Origin: Candidatus Saccharimonadota bacterium
GTDB taxonomy: Archaea; Micrarchaeota; Micrarchaeia; Micrarchaeales; Micrarchaeaceae
Length of the DNA: 32,000 nt
Assembly: GCA_963705375.1 (NCBI GenBank)
Contig: OY970071.1
Coordinates: forward strand, 630,001 to 662,000
Reading direction: 5' to 3'
The notes below the pieces were generated by a model. That model was not told the DNA's origin. It did no database searches and was given only the letters and a program-made list of their open reading frames with translations. The position numbers were made by a program, and so were the translations under genes. Below, piece after piece: positions 28,925-32,000 of this stretch. Numbering within the stretch: the first letter of the stretch is position 1; each line of letters begins with the position of its first letter.

Positions 28925-30949
28925 ATGGTATTAGAATTTGCTTTCTTCGCAGGTTTCGTATCGTTGGCCACCGCGTTGGTGCTCGTCTTCTGGATTTCAA
29001 AGCAGAAGGTAAAAGATAAGAAGATGCAAGAGATATCCGATGCCATCAGAATCGGATCAAATGCTTACCTAAAGAGGCAGTACAAAACGATAAGCGTGAT
29101 TTCGCTTATCTTGGCAGTCATACTTTATTTTGCCTTTGGCATTAAAACATCACTCGCATTCGTAGTCGGCGCGATAATGTCGCTGCTCGCAGGGTATGTC
29201 AGCATGGCGGTCGCAACTAGGTCGAACGCAAGAACAACATACGCAGCAAATTTTGGAGTGAACAAGGCAATGAAGGTTGCCTTCTATGGCGGCCTGGTGA
29301 TGGGCCTGTTCAACGTCGGATTGAGTCTGATAGGATTATCGAGCCTGTTCTTGCTTTATGGCAATAATCCGTCATTACTTGTCGGTTTCGGTTTTGGCGC
29401 ATCGCTTGCGGCGCTGTTTGCCCAGCTTGGTGGAGGAATATTCACAAAAGCGGCAGATGTGGGTGCTGACATCGTAGGTAAAGTAGAGGCAGGCATACCG
29501 GAGGACGACCCAAGGAACGCTGCAGTCATTGCAGATAATGTCGGCGACAACGTAGGAGACGTCGCTGGCAGGGGCGCAGACCTGTTCGAGAGCATGGCAG
29601 GAGAGAACATAGCAGCAATGATCATAGGATTCTCTCTGTATCTGCTCACCAAAAACTTCTTTTTCGTCATATTCCCATTGCTTGCAAGGTCAGTAGGAAT
29701 ATTTGCTTCGCTGCTCGGTGTTCCGTTTGTGCAGGCGAAGGAAGGCAAGGACCCGATGGACGCTCTTAGAAACGGCCTGATTGCCACAGTGGTCTTTGCA
29801 ATAGTCGGATTCTATGCACTCATTAGGTACACAATAACAGACTTCAATCTATTCTTGGCGAGCATGGTCGGCCTGGCCGCGAGCCTGCTCATAGTCTTGA
29901 TAACAGAGTACTACACATCAAAGGCGCACAAGCCAGTCCAGGAAATCGCAGAAGCATCAAAAACAGGGCATGCTACAAACATAATAAGAGGATTTGCAAT
30001 TTCTCTTGAATCTCCAACGGTACCCGTTTTGGTCGTCGCGGTTGCAATCCTGGTCTCATACTACTTTGGGACACAGTTCGCTGCTGCAAATGGCATAAGC
30101 GCAGTCTTGGGAGGCATATACGGCACTGCTGTCGCCACAATGGGCATGCTATCAATAGCAGGAATGATCCTTGGTCTGGATGGATTCGGGCCGATAGTGG
30201 ATAACGCAGGCGGAATAGCTGAGATGTCCAACGCCCCTAAGAAGGTAAGAAAAACGACAGACGCGTTCGATGCAACAGGAAACACAACAAAGGCGCTGAC
30301 AAAAGGTTATGCGGTAGGCTCTGCCGGATTGGCTGCAATGCTGCTGTTCCAAGCGTATCTGCAAGTCACACACATAACAATAGTGGACATAGTATCGCCA
30401 CCGATACTGGTAGGCCTATTCATCGGAGCGATGCTCCCCTTCGTATTCGCATCATTCGCGATACGCGCAGTGGGAAATGCTGCGTTCAAGATGGTCGAAG
30501 AAGTAAGAAGGCAGTTCAGGGAGATAAAAGGCCTGATGGAAGGAAAAGCAAAGCCAGACTACTCAAGAGCAGTCGACATTTCTACAGCGGCTGCACAGAG
30601 GGAGATGATAATCCCTGGCTTGCTGCCGGTCGTAGTCCCGATAGCCTTGGGCTTTACATTGGGTGCTGAATCTGTAGGCGCATTCTTGATCGGAGCAACC
30701 ATAACCGGCTTTATCCTGGCAACGCAGATGAACACTGGTGGTGCTGCTTGGGACAATGCCAAGAAGTACATAGAGGAGGGCCATATGGGTGGCAAGGGCT
30801 CCGAGGCCCACAAGGCAGCAGTTACAGGTGACACATTTGGAGACCCGCTGAAAGACACAGCAGGACCTTCCCTACACGTCTTGATCAAGCTGATCAACAC
30901 GGTCTGCCTGGTGTTCGGACCTCTGTTCGTCATGCACGCGCTGCTCTGA
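28925..30949 (+). CDS. hppA: membrane-bound H+-translocating pyrophosphatase (K+-independent signature)
   Basis: 674 aa. It contains GGGIFTKAADVGADIVGKVEAGIPEDDPRNAAVIADNVGDNVGDVAGRGADLFES, DATGNTTKALTKGYAVGSAG and GGAWDNAKKYIE...GDTFGDPLKDTAGPSL. Confidence 0.95.
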   Translation: MVLEFAFFAGFVSLATALVLVFWISKQKVKDKKMQEISDAIRIGSNAYLKRQYKTISVISLILAVILYFAFGIKTSLAFVVGAIMSLLAGYVSMAVATRSNARTTYAANFGVNKAMKVAFYGGLVMGLFNVGLSLIGLSSLFLLYGNNPSLLVGFGFGASLAALFAQLGGGIFTKAADVGADIVGKVEAGIPEDDPRNAAVIADNVGDNVGDVAGRGADLFESMAGENIAAMIIGFSLYLLTKNFFFVIFPLLARSVGIFASLLGVPFVQAKEGKDPMDALRNGLIATVVFAIVGFYALIRYTITDFNLFLASMVGLAASLLIVLITEYYTSKAHKPVQEIAEASKTGHATNIIRGFAISLESPTVPVLVVAVAILVSYYFGTQFAAANGISAVLGGIYGTAVATMGMLSIAGMILGLDGFGPIVDNAGGIAEMSNAPKKVRKTTDAFDATGNTTKALTKGYAVGSAGLAAMLLFQAYLQVTHITIVDIVSPPILVGLFIGAMLPFVFASFAIRAVGNAAFKMVEEVRRQFREIKGLMEGKAKPDYSRAVDISTAAAQREMIIPGLLPVVVPIALGFTLGAESVGAFLIGATITGFILATQMNTGGAAWDNAKKYIEEGHMGGKGSEAHKAAVTGDTFGDPLKDTAGPSLHVLIKLINTVCLVFGPLFVMHALL

Positions 30950-30960
30950 TAAGGCACGGG

Positions 30961-30997
30961 AGGCACAGCACATTGCCTGGGCTTCCTTTTCTTTTTT
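30961..30997 (+). terminator. short hairpin plus long T-rich tract after hppA
   Basis: aggca-cagcacat-tgcct forms a 5-bp stem, followed by gggcttccttttctttttt. The T-tract merges into the TATA box of the next gene. Confidence 0.45.
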
Positions 30998-31022
30998 ATT
31001 TTAGGCATTTAGAGTGTTAGGC

Positions 31023-31529
31023 ATGTATTCTACGAGATCTGAACACATCATGGAAAGAGTTTCTGAATCCGTGATAAAAGCGGCGTTGCCGAAAGTTGAT
31101 ATCGGAAAGCTTCTGGACCGTGCAGCGGAAATCAGCGACGAAGCGCAGGTAGTCCAGTTTTTCAACAGGGAGGCAGTGGCAAGCAGGGAACACGTTCTTG
31201 GCGCATATCTCAATGCGCTGATCGCGTTCAGGAACCATACAAACAGGGCGCGAAGCATAGGTATTGAGATGCTCCTCTTTGTTTCGCTCACAGACCAGAT
31301 AAATGATGCGCTGAAAATAGCAGGGGCAAAACCGGAATCTGAAATGATAGTATTTGCAAGCAGCACAGACATGTTTTCGAAAATAGCTCCGATGCTGAAA
31401 GGCATTTCTGATTTCAATCAGAACAGAACACATCAGAGTGCAGTGTTAGAAAAGCTTGGAATCAAGAACACAGGCGATGCGTACAGCAGCATAATGCAGG
31501 CTATGGCGATGTCACGGCTAGGCCCTTGA
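31023..31529 (+). CDS. cgi121: KEOPS complex subunit Cgi121
   Basis: VQFFNREAVASREHVLGAYLNALIAFRNHTNRARSIGIEMLLFVSLTDQINDALKIAGAK parallels archaeal Cgi121 as I remember it (FQILNADVVATKKHVLHAINQA...SFWMEILVRASGQRQIHEAIKIIGAK). ATG 31023 lies 19 nt after the box ttttttatttta. ATG 31050 is an alternative. Confidence 0.7.
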   Translation: MYSTRSEHIMERVSESVIKAALPKVDIGKLLDRAAEISDEAQVVQFFNREAVASREHVLGAYLNALIAFRNHTNRARSIGIEMLLFVSLTDQINDALKIAGAKPESEMIVFASSTDMFSKIAPMLKGISDFNQNRTHQSAVLEKLGIKNTGDAYSSIMQAMAMSRLGP

Positions 31530-32000
31530 GCCATAGCCGAGGTTCATTGCAGAGTGTATCGACTCTGCCTTCTTTTGTCCTATGTTATCGACTTTCATGA
31601 GTTCTTCCTTGCTCGCGTTGAACACGGCCTTGATGCTTCCGAAATGCTCCAGGAGCAACTTTGCAGTCTTTGGACCCACGCCAGGAAGATTGCCTATTAT
31701 TCGCTGCTGTAGCTGTTCGGGCGTGTGTGCGCGAACGCCGCCCTTAGCCGAGGGCTCCCTTGAGGCCCCGCTCTGCTCCCTCTTTGCGATGCTGGTCAGC
31801 ACCTCCGCAGTCTCCTTTGCACTGCGCAGAGATATCGAAACGATGCCGTGGTCGACATACAGGGCGGCAAGAGCGCCGCTCATGACAGTGCTGCCCAATC
31901 CGAACTCTGAGCTGTCTCCCTCTATTATGAGCATTGGGAATTCGTAGCTCTCCCGCAAGCGCTTGATCTGGTCGAAGAGCCTACCATTGATTATAGAGCT
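31518..32000 (-). CDS. XPF/Hef/Mus81-family nuclease, C-terminal part (ERCC4 domain end plus HhH2); 5' end outside the window
   Basis: The frame stays open to the right edge. It contains LIIEGD, then a linker, then the tandem helix-hairpin-helix LPGVGPKTAKLLLEHFGSIKAVFNASKEELMKVDNIGQKKAESI. It overlaps the Cgi121 3' end by 12 nt, convergently. Confidence 0.8.
   Translation of the reverse strand, partial: SSIINGRLFDQIKRLRESYEFPMLIIEGDSSEFGLGSTVMSGALAALYVDHGIVSISLRSAKETAEVLTSIAKREQSGASREPSAKGGVRAHTPEQLQQRIIGNLPGVGPKTAKLLLEHFGSIKAVFNASKEELMKVDNIGQKKAESIHSAMNLGYGSRA

Overview
This window is archaeal chromosome, about 90% coding. I saw no rRNA, tRNA, CRISPR array, transposase or integrase. The archaeal assignment rests on several observations:
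- r-proteins found only in archaea and eukaryotes (L7Ae, S28e, L24e, L30e)
- aEF-2 with the diphthamide His context
- SRP54, KEOPS Cgi121, an XPF/Hef nuclease tail and a class III (archaeal type IV pilin) signal peptide
- A/T-rich TATA boxes 20-30 nt upstream of start codons, implying leaderless or near-leaderless mRNAs

The divergent r-proteins and compact layout suggest a reduced, deep-branching (DPANN-like) archaeon, but that is only a guess.

Layout:
- 1-6.2 kb: the only accessory-looking stretch. It is AT-richer and holds orphan genes, a non-canonical PurD-like ATP-grasp, a uridine-kinase/CYTH fusion, a wHTH protein, a 25-aa polybasic Cys-terminal micro-ORF with its own terminator, and two tandem small paralogs with duplicated promoters.
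- 6.2-11 kb: SRP54, a GT4 glycosyltransferase, a single-repeat TBP homolog and a geranylgeranyl-reductase-family flavoprotein.
- 11-19 kb: a nuoH-I-J-K-L-M-N operon with its own promoter and no nuoABCD, flanked by sequon-rich surface proteins.
- 19-22 kb: a wHTH gene coupled to a 582-aa glycoprotein, plus two small orphan genes.
- 22-27 kb: L24e (missing from the ORF track), S28e, L7Ae, EF-2, S7, S12 and L30e.
- 27-32 kb: a pilin-like protein, an atypical CDP-alcohol phosphatidyltransferase, an orphan gene, a K+-independent-type H+-pyrophosphatase, Cgi121 and XPF/Hef.

The most interesting items are the half-size TBP, the micro-ORF and its neighbouring enzymes, the nuo operon that starts at nuoH, a shared four-Cys domain linking three surface proteins, and low-complexity tails on three r-proteins.

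All family assignments come from motif recognition by eye. No searches were run.
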